The notes beneath the pieces were generated by a model. It had not been told where the DNA came from. It searched no databases and saw only the letters and a program-made list of their open reading frames with translations. A stretch of 63,340 nucleotides of DNA, filler included. It is 18 parts of 18 records of this genome, joined end to end, with 100 filler letters (N's around TTAATTAATTAA, not from the genome) between each part and the next. Parts side by side here need not be neighbours in the genome. Positions count along the whole stretch, not along the records: positions 8,822 to 11,840 come from SRR7504441_64534; positions 11,941 to 15,226 come from SRR7504441_64538; positions 15,327 to 18,404 come from SRR7504441_64555; positions 18,505 to 21,657 come from SRR7504441_64566; positions 21,758 to 25,259 come from SRR7504441_64601; 13 more parts are not named here. One strand, written 5' to 3'. Each line of letters starts with the position of its first letter. Position 1 is the first letter of the stretch. Of the stretch, positions 11,838 through 22,033 are shown in pieces. The translations under genes and the position numbers were made by a program.

Positions 11838-12357
11838 CGANNNNNNNNNNNNNNNNNNNNNNNNNNNNNNNNNNNNNNNNNNNNTTAATTAATTAANNNN
11901 NNNNNNNNNNNNNNNNNNNNNNNNNNNNNNNNNNNNNNNNCACAACGATTTTCCAAACGGCGACTGATAGGCGACTGAAGCTGTAAAGCCAGGTAAAAGC
12001 CAAGTAAGAATTCCTAGCCCCTCCAATGCGCAATACAAGACTGATGTATGGTTTAAAATATCAGAGCTCCATGAGTATGATTCGGCGTCAATCCCCATGC
12101 ATAGGCCTCCTCCCGGTCCACTAAGATCAGACTCCCGCCCGCCGGCGCCCTGGTAGCGCCCTGGCCATGCATCGATGCATGCTCAATACCCATCTGTGTC
12201 TGACTCATCAAGCCTGTCCTCATCATCAAGCCTGTCGGTAGGATTTTGAGCCGCGGTTACATGCATGCTTTGGAAAATGGTTTCTGACTGAATGGTGGGA
12301 GCAAGCTCTAACAGGTGATGCCTCTGGCGGAAGACTGCGACGAGTGGTGGGACGACC

Positions 12358-13971
12358 ATGCGTCGGGTGAAGGCCCGCCCGCCCTCTCCCCCCGTTCCCG
12401 GGTTGGGCGCCCCATCTACGTCAGTTCGCGCAAGGCGTCCGCGGGCTCGGTACGGCGCAACCGGTGACTACGGCTGAGTGCGCACCGACTGAGCGTGGCG
12501 CAGGGCTCTCGTATCATATGACAAACCCAGGCTGCAGCACGTCTACCGGCTTGAGCCGCCCACGCTGCCTCCTAAAAGCCCAACTGGCTCTGAGCGGAGG
12601 GCTGCATCGCCCGTGCACCAGGGGGTGCTGGTGGCCGGTGGGCTGCGGCCCGGGCCTGAGTACACTGGCCCGCACGAGTGGTCGCTGGCGGCGCCCGGAC
12701 GCGGCCAGTACAAGGATGCACCACCAGTGACGCTCACACATTTAGCCTGCCGCGGACGGGCAGAGCTGCCTGTTCTGCTGCTCGAGTGCGCCGGTTATCC
12801 GTATTCAGTCCGGCGGCTGCTCGACAGCGACTGCGGGCTCGGGCGGTTCCGGCCGTCGCTGGCCTACTGGGAGCTGCCTGTGCTCCAGGACGGGCCGTTA
12901 GAGCTCTCGCACGGGCCGGCGGTGGTGCGCTACCTGGCAAACAAGCTCGGGCTGGACGGCGGGGAACGGCCGGACTGCCGGGCCCGGTGCGACGTGCTGG
13001 CCGAGCTGCTGGCCAGCACCGGGGCCGAGCTAGATCCAGCGGGGCTGCTCCGAGACGGCTGGTGCGAGTCTCTTCTGCCTAGGGATCGTCGGCCGCTGTG
13101 CTGTGCGAGGGCGATGCCAGGCAGCGAGCGGAGTGTGGCTCGGCTAGGCCAGTGGGAGGCGCTGGTGGCGGATGGATGGGCGGTTGAAGGGAGGCTCAGC
13201 TCTGTGGACCTTGGGCTCTGGCTGCTCACTAGCGAGCTCGGGCCGGACTGGCTGGGCATGAGAGGGTTCCCGGGGCTGGCGCAGCACCTAAAGAAGGTGG
13301 AGGCGCTCCCGGGGATCCGGCTTTACCTGCAGAGCGAGCGGCGGATGCCCCGGGTGGACAGGCACGGCAGGTTCTGCCTAGAAAAGAGAGTGAGTGTCCC
13401 AGGCGAGTTGCAGGCCGTCCAGGATGGTGTGGGTTCCGGTTGCAGGCTATTCAGGGAGGACTTGAATATCGGCCAAGCAAGCGAGACTCAGCCAGGGGCA
13501 CAGCCTTCGGCAAGTGCGGGGGACCTGCAGCGGCGGGCGGGCACCAGTCCAATCAGTGGGCCAGAGGCCGCGGTTGCTTTTGTGTCGAGCGCAATCAGCG
13601 GTGGGGCTGTCGAGCGTGTCGAGGCTGTGACCACCGCTGATATCACCCACGGTCGAAACGAGATGCCCAGTCCTAGTTCAACAAAGACGGTCAAGACACC
13701 GTTTGTAAACCGGAGCTCAATCCTTGGTGTAGCAGCAGCGATGTTCTCCACAGCGACAAGACGGGAAGACACGGCTGGAAAAGAGGCCGGGCCCAACAAA
13801 ACAAAACGGGATTTCAATTGCACCGGCTCGCGAGGCACACTGAGTGGAAATTTAAGTCGGATTTCTCAGTATGGGAACGCAACAAGCCTATTTGGCTCTA
13901 CCGTTTGGTCCGGTCGAGGCGATGACGAGCCCGCTGCGGCCGAGCTCACCGAGGAGCCCATAGATGTGTAA
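12358..13971 (+). CDS. Divergent glutathione S-transferase-like protein with long low-complexity extensions; start tentative (ATG 12358 via one intron)
   Basis: LTHLACRGRAELPVLLLECAG, ELPVLQDG, AVVRYLANKLGLDG, LSSVDL and FPGLAQHLKKVEALPGIRLYL match the sigma/alpha-type GST fold. Confidence 0.7.
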
Positions 13972-14079
13972 CTCTCCTCAGGAGCCCGACGGAGCAAACT
14001 GCGGGGCTGGATTCGAGCCGGCCCGAGACTAGGCGAAGACAAGTTGAATGATTCCTTTTTACGGTATCGTACATAGCTA

Positions 14080-14166
14080 TACAAAAGTGTTGATAATAAT
14101 ATAGATACGTTTATTCGTGAAGTCGAGTCTAGGCCGCATGACCGGTACAAAAGTGTTGATAATAAT
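14080..14166. repeat. Perfect 21-nt direct repeat TACAAAAGTGTTGATAATAAT (2 copies)
   Basis: Copies at 14080-14100 and 14146-14166, in AT-rich DNA downstream of the GST-like gene. Confidence 0.9.
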
Positions 14167-14727
14167 TATTAAGAGTTACGAAATACTAGTACTTGATAGT
14201 ACATGATCATGAAGGTACCGTACGTAAAGCTCTTGAAACGACAACGAGTTATCATCGAGTTTTAATACAAACGCAAGCCTCCTCTTAGCTGTGCAGCCAG
14301 CGAAATGTGGTATTGCCATCCACTGTGTGGGTCTTAAAGTTGCACTTATGGTGTCCACCACGACACGTTGTGCTTACAATAGGGTGTAGGATCTATCTTA
14401 GGATCAGGATTGAACAACTCTCAATGAGACTGCTGCCTTGCACATTGAAAGAGAATGATAGTCCTGCGCACTCAGGCCCTCCTCCAGTTGGGTACTTCCC
14501 CTTTAAAGTTGTGCCGATATTCGGACACGAGAGGCTCGTCGTAATTAATGAAGTTCAGTGCGGTTTTCCGGAAGTTTGAGCCAACACTGTCACAGTCGGC
14601 GTGAGCTGCCATTGCCTCCTTTCATACGCACCTTGTGCTCATGGAGGTGAAGTCGTGGGTTAGGAACCGCGGGGCTGTAGTAGGCACTTCCTGCGCAATA
14701 GCGTGCAGCTGGCCAGGTACCGTCAGC

Positions 14728-15225
14728 CTATAGCGGCGCCGCCAGCACACTGACCTTCAGGGGCTGCCCCGTGGGTATTCTACCAGCTTCATACCCCCCA
14801 GCCCCGGGTGCAAAGAGCCCTTGGGTGCTCTGAAACCTGTCACTGCGTGTCGGCCTGAGAAGCTCTGCGTGCGGCACCTTGGCGGGAGCACGCATGCTGG
14901 AGTCGCCATTGAGCCATTCTGCCCGGCGGTGAGCGAGCAGCACCAGCAGGCGACCCACGTGCTTCACGGTGCACTTGAAGTGGGCGAGCCCCATCCGTGA
15001 CTGGGTGAAATCCACACCAGGCGGCGGCGGCGAGAAGGATCGTGCAAAGCCCTTGCGATGAAAGGGCCTCCCTTGCAGCGGCGACGGGGGGAGGAACCCG
15101 CCGCCGCAAGCAGCCCGGCTAGGCCGGTCGCGTGGGTCCAGGCCCAGCTTGGGGTGGAAGCTAGACGGGGTCAGCGACGCTAGCGGCGGGGCCCCTGGGA
15201 CCACTCTGACCGGTTGGTGCGCCAT
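14728..15225 (-). CDS. Hypothetical protein fragment
   Basis: 165-aa GC-rich ORF at the contig edge; no recognised motif. Confidence 0.35.
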   Translation of the reverse strand: MAHQPVRVVPGAPPLASLTPSSFHPKLGLDPRDRPSRAACGGGFLPPSPLQGRPFHRKGFARSFSPPPPGVDFTQSRMGLAHFKCTVKHVGRLLVLLAHRRAEWLNGDSSMRAPAKVPHAELLRPTRSDRFQSTQGLFAPGAGGYEAGRIPTGQPLKVSVLAAPL

Positions 15226-15475
15226 CNNNNNNNNNNNNNNNNNNNNNNNNNNNNNNNNNNNNNNNNNNNNTTAATTAATTAANNNNNNNNNNNNNNNNNN
15301 NNNNNNNNNNNNNNNNNNNNNNNNNNTTAAGCTTAAACGGTAATTAAACTGTACCTTTATTCGCATCGAAGTACCTACTTAAACGGGTCATGTCATTAGT
15401 ATGCGGTACAGTGCGTATGCAAATGCAGTGCGTTCCAGAACCGGCAATGTGGGCACCTTTTCTAAAGCATGAGTC

Positions 15476-18337
15476 CTATTTGGGACCGATGGAAATGTTG
15501 GTCATCGATGTCGCTGGCTTTGCATGTGGATTCGCAAACAGCCCATCGACACCGCCGATGATGCGACAGTTGTCGAGCTCCAGTGAGCCATACGTGCCGT
15601 GGTCCACAAGGTGACAGTCCCCCTTGCTCCCAGCTGCCTTCCGTTCAATGGTGAGGTTTCGCATCGAGAGGTGTCTCCGCCCATCGATGTATTGGACGCC
15701 AGTGCCTCCATCATGCTCCACCAAGGCGTTTGGACCCCAGCCGAAGTCGAAGACCGCCTTGTGCTTTTGATAATTCCAGGCATACGCATGGTCATCGTCA
15801 ATCTTGTGTCCAAAAACTACATCGAAGCCCTCAATATCGGTGGCGCCTGGTACGCGCCTTATCGGATCCAATGGAAAGCCCTCAGGCTCGTCGGTACCTA
15901 GAACTAGCACGGCTTCGCCGTCGGTGGGGCCTTCGATGACCAACCAAGCTCCAGGATTCACATGGCGCGAATTGAGCTCGTAGCGACCAGCGGCAAGCCG
16001 GATCACGAAAGGCACTGGCCGACCAGAAGGGCTTCTACGAAGAGTTTGCAACTGTGAATTGGTCCATGAGACCGCCTGAAGCGCCCAGTCGATGCCGGTA
16101 TCAATCTCACCCTCTGGCTGCACATTGAATACCCGAGGCCCAAAGGTCTGCCATGTCCAAACCAGCTCCATATCGGGCTCAGCCTCCATCCCAAACACAA
16201 CCCGGCACTGATATGCCGTATTCATCCGGTAGAGTGGCTTGGGGATCAGCCACACTTGGGGTTGAAAGGTTGAAAGATGAAGACTGGGGTCTTGGGGATG
16301 ATCACGCATCTCAGCACACCAGGTCGGTCCAAACCCTGGCGTGTGCCTTGGGCACACCACCCAGCAGGGCACAACTGCCCCAGTTCCGACCTCGGTAAGC
16401 TCTGCCACCTTGAGCTCACGATACTTGGCAGCATCGGCGGGGTCCCAAAAGCCGATCTTGATGAATGAGCCGCCCACATTGCCGCATAGCTTGTTGGCGG
16501 CAGGTGGGAGATGCGACGCGACAGCTCCCACCTGATGATCAGGGTGTCGACGACGGATCACGTCATTCAATTTGTCCATCCCAACAAGCCCTGGTCGGCC
16601 GCCTGCACACTCTCCAAAGAAGCTGTTGTTTACCAGGTGTCCCGGGGGCGGATAAACCCACACTCGACTCGTGTTGTCCGCGGCCAGGCCATCACGGGGT
16701 CCGGGCCAAGCCGGAGCATTGGGCGCGCCATGATCCATTGTGGTGATGAAGCCTTCGGTATGGCCATACATGTTTGCCAGGTCAATGCTTTTCACTTGAA
16801 GATGAGGAACGGGGGATGAGGTGTTCAGAAAATGTGTCATCAGCTCTCTAAACATGTGAAGTCTATCGCCAAAGGATGGCACTCGAAAACTGAGCAGATG
16901 CTGCGGGAAACGAAAGTAGTTGCCGCCCAGAATGCATTGTGCATGTCCAAATCCGTTAGCGTGTGACTGCATGCCGATCGCATTCTGGTATCCATGTGGA
17001 TGATCACCGTGGAGGCCAGAGTAACCTGCCAGGTCAAGAATGTCTCAGGCAGGCAAGGGTCAGGATTGGGGCTTACCGGTGTTTGTATACAAGTCATTCA
17101 TACTAAAGTGCGTGAGCGGGACGAGCTTTGCCCGAGGGAAAGAGACGGCTTGCTGCTGGTCTGCTACGAAGCCACCATAGAAGCAACGAGGCCGACCAAG
17201 AAGCATAAAGAAATGGTTTAGATACTCTGAATTCTGCAACACAGCTCCGTGCCGATCCCCAAGAAGCCTCGGTGCCAAGCACGGGTCAGCACCCAGCTCC
17301 GCATACGTATCCTGCCCAGGCAGCAACCGCGCGCGAGGGTGTGAGTACAAGTTGCCTAGGTGCTGGTCTTCAATCAACGAGCGAGCCGGCTGGTAAACGC
17401 CCACCCAGCGCTCCCGGGTCGGCCAAGGCGCTGCGGGAACGTCAGTGTCCCAGCCCTCCTTGAGTGGGTAGTGGCCTTGCTGGCCCCACTGATCTACGCC
17501 CAACGCATCCTCCGACTGGTGCAATGGCCGTGCATGAGACGGTACAGTCTGCAGGAAGGTCTCACGCTGCGCATCTTCCAAGCAGAGAATATACTGCTGG
17601 CGCTCCCACTTTGAGAGCCTCATGAAGGTGCCCGGCGCAAGCAGTGACACGCTCCGGACCGCGTATCCTCCCGTGTACATGCAGTTACCGCTGTCCCACG
17701 CTGCGGTGACAATTTGCGGGTCGAGCGCTAACGGATCAGTGAACCCCATATCTTTAGAGTGCCGACATTCTTTCGTATCGCCACGCACCATCTTCAGGAA
17801 GCCCTCCGGCAGCGCGAAGATAATAAACCCTTGTGTTGAATGCATATGCCCGTGCACTAGGGCAGGGTTGTGGACACAGTCCCCGTGCACCTCGGCGCTG
17901 ATCTGGCTCGCGCCGTTGTAGGCGGCGCGCACCCTGCCGATATCATTGTTCAGATGGTCGCGCATGGTTGATCTCGGGGGCTGAGGCGCGGGGGCCGGAG
18001 CAGCCCCTGTCCGTGTCCACTTGTACGCACCTCCGTTGGCTGTCAACCCACACACGACCCCACTACCGTCCACCACTAAATCAAACGAGAGCGTCGGATT
18101 GGTCGGGTCTGCGAGCCGGCCGTCGGCGGTCTCGGCGAGGGTCCACACGGCCCAGTCAAATTTGAAGGTGTACTTGCCGCCAGCGGCCCGGGTCATGCTG
18201 CCGGTCAGCGAGTGCGACGCGAGCGCATAGTCCCCGACCGGGTCCCCTGCGAGCGTGCCCATTCGCTTCGGAGGGCGGGCGGCCTGGATCTGGCGGCGGT
18301 CAGCGCTCACCGCTTCAGAGGAGGCGCAGGCTCCCAT
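15476..18337 (-). CDS. ~936-aa protein of unknown function with an N-myristoylation/palmitoylation-type N-terminus and a C-terminal beta-helix-like region
   Basis: ATG 18337 gives MGACASS. GT-AG intron 17026-17076 joins ORFs 17060..18397 and 15476..16972 in frame. The C-terminus reads IRLAAGRYEL...LSMRNLTIE...LELDNCRIIGG. Confidence 0.7.
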
Positions 18338-18603
18338 CTGCCATCCCGACGCCGCGGCAACGGTTCCGAGTTGCTGCTGATGCCGTTGGTGACCCAACTG
18401 ACTTNNNNNNNNNNNNNNNNNNNNNNNNNNNNNNNNNNNNNNNNNNNNTTAATTAATTAANNNNNNNNNNNNNNNNNNNNNNNNNNNNNNNNNNNNNNNN
18501 NNNNTTTTTCGCAAAAAAAAAAAACATGTTTTTGGTTCGGGTTGTGTTATTTGACTTATTTCAACAACGTCTGACCGTTATCTGTGAAATCTGGCTGGCC
18601 GGA

Positions 18604-19620
18604 ATGCGTGTCACAGGTCCAGTGCGCGCGTGGGGCAAGCGGGGCTTTTGCGAGTGGGTCCGAGTCAAGCACCAGTTTGGAGTCTCGGCCGAGGTGGCGC
18701 CCCGCTTCCTGTCGGCCCCCAAGACAGTGGAGATCACCGGGGTGCCGTTCACCTTCGGTCAGCCCATGGCCGGCAACGACATGGGGCCCGAGCTAATCCG
18801 CGAGGCTGGGCTCCGTAGCGTCGCGAGCAGTCTGGGCTGGCAGATCATGGACCATGGGGACATGGAGCTGATCCGCCCGGGACACGACGATCCCACCGGC
18901 CCAATCCGCAACCAATACGCGGTAGGCGCAATGAATCAGCAGGTGGCCGACGCCGTGTATGCGGCCGCCGACGCCGGCTCGTTCCATCTCATGCTCGGCG
19001 GGGACCACTCGATCGGGGCCGGGGCGCTGGCTGGGGCGCTCCGGGCTCGGCCGGACTGCGGGATTTTGTGGGTGGACGCACATGCTGACATCAACACGCC
19101 GGAGGGCTCGCCTTCGGCGAACGCTCACGGGATGCCTGTGGCAATGAACATGAGCCGGCTGATGGATGTGCAGCAGCTGGCGGGGTTCGAGTGGCTCACC
19201 CAGCGGCTGGACCCGGCGCAGATTGTGTATGTCGGATTGCGCGATGTAGATGCACACGAGCGGAGAATCATACAGGATACCGGGATCAAGGCATTCACAA
19301 TGCATGATATCGATAGGCACGGGATCGGGACGGTGATGGAGTACGCACTCGACGCGCTCAAGGGCCGGCCAGTGCACATGAGCTACGATATCGATGCAGT
19401 GGACCCGGAGCACGCGCCATCCACGGGGACTGTGGTGCGAGGCGGGCTAACGTATCGTGAGGCGTTGTATGTCGCTGAAGTGGCCGCTCTGACCGGGCAG
19501 CTGGTCTCAATGGACATGGTCGAGGTCAACCCAACCTTGTCCGATGACAAAGATGCGAGGCTGACTGCTGATTTGGCGCTCAAGATTGTAGGCGCCGCGC
19601 TCGGGAGTCAGATATTATGA
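18604..19620 (+). CDS. Arginase with a basic N-terminal extension (possible mitochondrial presequence)
   Basis: GVPFTFGQ, LGGDHSIG, WVDAHADIN, HGMPV, GLRDVD, SYDIDAVDP, TGTVVRGGLTYRE and VEVNP. An upstream in-frame ATG at 18526 is also possible. Confidence 0.95.
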   Translation: MRVTGPVRAWGKRGFCEWVRVKHQFGVSAEVAPRFLSAPKTVEITGVPFTFGQPMAGNDMGPELIREAGLRSVASSLGWQIMDHGDMELIRPGHDDPTGPIRNQYAVGAMNQQVADAVYAAADAGSFHLMLGGDHSIGAGALAGALRARPDCGILWVDAHADINTPEGSPSANAHGMPVAMNMSRLMDVQQLAGFEWLTQRLDPAQIVYVGLRDVDAHERRIIQDTGIKAFTMHDIDRHGIGTVMEYALDALKGRPVHMSYDIDAVDPEHAPSTGTVVRGGLTYREALYVAEVAALTGQLVSMDMVEVNPTLSDDKDARLTADLALKIVGAALGSQIL

Positions 19621-19779
19621 GCTGTAGAAGTAGATTGGCTGGAATAATCGCAACCCCTTGGGCTGCGTGGTGCATCCATGATAGGTCAGCCAATCCACTA
19701 AGGTGATAAAACCTATTTTTCTCGCAAAAAAACAAAAATAAATTAAAGACCTGAAAATAACGGACTCAGTCGGACTGCC

Positions 19780-20487
19780 ATGGCGAGGTTCCTCGGGTGC
19801 GGCAACTGGTTGGACAAGCAGCTCGACCAGCTCACGGCCGGCTGCCTCAACCAGGCGAGCGCCCCGAGCCGGCTGGTCAAGCAGTTCGAGCCGGGCCGCT
19901 GGGCACGGTTCCGGCAGGGGGTCAAGCGCTCGCTGTGCGGGCTGCAGGTAAAGCACTGGGGGCCAGCCGATCTGCTCGGAGAGCTGGACCGGCTCGGGCT
20001 GATGGTCGAGTACGTGAGCGTACACCGGGCCGGGGGCGGCTGGTCGGTGGCCGATGAGCTGGAACGTCTGGCGGAGCAGTTCCTGCTGGTGCTGATAAGA
20101 ACCGACCAGCTGGGGGCGATAGCACGGGCCGCGGACGGGCTGGAGCTGGCCGGGCTGTCGGGGGCGCTGGGCGAGTGCGGGTTGGAGGAGGAGGCGGCGA
20201 TGCTAGCGATGCTGCCGGTGTACACTGAGGTGTGGGTTCCGGGGCTGGCCGTGAGCCTGGGGCAGGTGGGCTGCTTGCTGCTCGGGGGCACCAGCCACAA
20301 GAAGTTCGAGGACTGCTCGTTCGGGGCTGTGTTCCTGGCCGCGGCCCGGGACGTGCTGCGCGTCTGCCTGGAGGGGCTGACCGGGCACCTGGAGGCGGCC
20401 GGGCTGTCGGTGGAAGGATTTGAAGCGTTTCTAGATGCGAGAGTCCAACAACTCGAGCCGCATCACACCGAGGCAGAAACGGATTAA
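19780..20487 (+). CDS. Hypothetical alpha-helical protein, 235 aa
   Basis: ATG-to-stop ORF with GC3-rich codons flanked by AT-rich intergenic DNA. Confidence 0.6.
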   Translation: MARFLGCGNWLDKQLDQLTAGCLNQASAPSRLVKQFEPGRWARFRQGVKRSLCGLQVKHWGPADLLGELDRLGLMVEYVSVHRAGGGWSVADELERLAEQFLLVLIRTDQLGAIARAADGLELAGLSGALGECGLEEEAAMLAMLPVYTEVWVPGLAVSLGQVGCLLLGGTSHKKFEDCSFGAVFLAAARDVLRVCLEGLTGHLEAAGLSVEGFEAFLDARVQQLEPHHTEAETD

Positions 20488-20658
20488 AACCACAAAAATC
20501 ATAAAGCGTGTTATATATCGGCACTAAAACTTTATTCACGGAGTCACGCTCTATCTCGTTGCTGCTCGCTAAGACTGACTGACAGCACGGGCTTTAGAAT
20601 CACGGCCACAATTGACACCTGTAGACTAGATGACGCGACGTCGGAGCGATCCGCTGGC

Positions 20659-21570
20659 TCACATCCCGGCGAACCCGCCGAGCAGCCCGCCGAGCACATT
20701 CTGCTTGATTGCCTCGACGTACTGGGCTGGCACATAGTACAGGTAGTACTTTGAGTTGTCATTCTTTCCCATCTGGAGCGCGACAATGTGGTAGCCCTTC
20801 CGGTCCTCGATAGCCTCGGAGGTGATTCCGCCGATTGTAGCGTACGGGTACTTTTCGGTCCGCTCCTTGGTCGAAATGCAGATGGTGGCGTCCTTGAAAG
20901 TGAGCCGAGCCACAGTCCCCATATTATTGTAAATCGCAGTGAGCCCGCCGTCCGGCAGCGGCTCGGTCGACATCGCGTTGCCCGTCACAGCCCCTTCCGG
21001 TGGCCCCTTCTCGATGATTTTCTTGTGCTTTGACATCTCCTGAATGTTCTCCTTCACCGGCTGCTCTTCGCCCATCGTCGGGGCGGTCACGTTCTTGGGG
21101 ATCACCACCGCCATCGCCAGGTCAGCCAGCGGGGTGCCAATCAGCATCAGCTTGTCCTTGGGCTCCAGGCTGTAGCTGGCGCAGAACACCACCGCGTCGT
21201 CCTTCAGCTGTTTCTTCTTCAGCATCAGCTTCTGGTTCTGGTGCGGCACGCAGGTCCGCCGCTCGAGTTCCTGCTTGATCCAGCCCACCGTATCCGTGCC
21301 AGTCAGCTCCACGTGGTGCGTCTGCTTCCCGTGCACCACTCGTATGGTCGCCTGCTCGCCGGGCTCACGCGCCGAACCACCGGGCCGGCCGGGCATGCTT
21401 ACCACGATCTCCCTCGGCGCCTCGGCCGCGGGCTCAGCCGCTGCTTCGGGCTCATCCACCTCCATGGTTGCTTCGGCAGCCGGCTCCGCATCCACCTCCA
21501 TGGCGGCCGGCTCGGCGGCCGGTGCCCCGGACTTCTCTGAACTGCCCGGCTCGGCCTGGTCTTCCATCAT
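20659..21570 (-). CDS. UBFD1: Ubiquitin domain-containing protein UBFD1
   Basis: UBL domain (CVPHQNQKLM...KLMLIGT) plus C-terminal HKKIIEKG, RLTFK, TKERTEK, YHIVALQMG and VPAQYVEAIK. Probable in-frame 51-nt intron at 21352-21402. Confidence 0.88.
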   Translation of the reverse strand: MMEDQAEPGSSEKSGAPAAEPAAMEVDAEPAAEATMEVDEPEAAAEPAAEAPREIVVSMPGRPGGSAREPGEQATIRVVHGKQTHHVELTGTDTVGWIKQELERRTCVPHQNQKLMLKKKQLKDDAVVFCASYSLEPKDKLMLIGTPLADLAMAVVIPKNVTAPTMGEEQPVKENIQEMSKHKKIIEKGPPEGAVTGNAMSTEPLPDGGLTAIYNNMGTVARLTFKDATICISTKERTEKYPYATIGGITSEAIEDRKGYHIVALQMGKNDNSKYYLYYVPAQYVEAIKQNVLGGLLGGFAGM

Positions 21571-21757
21571 GTACAGCAACGGTAACGGATCGACATGCTA
21601 CGCGCTGGGTTGGGACGGTTGGCTGGCTCGGCGGTGCTGTTCTCTGGGCTGCAGCACNNNNNNNNNNNNNNNNNNNNNNNNNNNNNNNNNNNNNNNNNNN
21701 NTTAATTAATTAANNNNNNNNNNNNNNNNNNNNNNNNNNNNNNNNNNNNNNNNNNNN

Positions 21758-22030
21758 GCCATTATCATGGACCCAGCAGCCGAGTGGCCAGAGGATGCAG
21801 CTTCCCAGCTGATCGAGCTCGGACTGCGCTGCACAGAGACGGGCCGGCGTGTTGTTGCCAAGCGGCCACCTGTCGAGGGCTGCATCGCCGAGGTGGAGGC
21901 GCTGATGCAGCTGCCGCTGGCGCAGCCCCCGCCGGATGCCCAGAAAGAGCACTCGGTGGCCACCGACGAGATGACGCCGAACTGGACAATGTATATTGAA
22001 TCATTTAAATATATACTTGTAATAATGTAG
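21758..22030 (+). CDS. C-terminal fragment of an IRAK/Pelle/RLK-like kinase
   Basis: MDPAAEWPEDAASQLIELGLRCTE...KRP resembles kinase subdomain XI of the IRAK/RLK group; 5' end is off contig. Confidence 0.55.
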   Translation, partial: AIIMDPAAEWPEDAASQLIELGLRCTETGRRVVAKRPPVEGCIAEVEALMQLPLAQPPPDAQKEHSVATDEMTPNWTMYIESFKYILVIM

Positions 22031-22033
22031 AGC

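Noticed and set aside
14080-14166. 21-nt direct repeat with a 45-nt spacer as a mini-CRISPR or transposon end
   Set aside because: Only two copies, no cas or transposase gene, and a eukaryotic 3' intergenic context; a local duplication is more likely.
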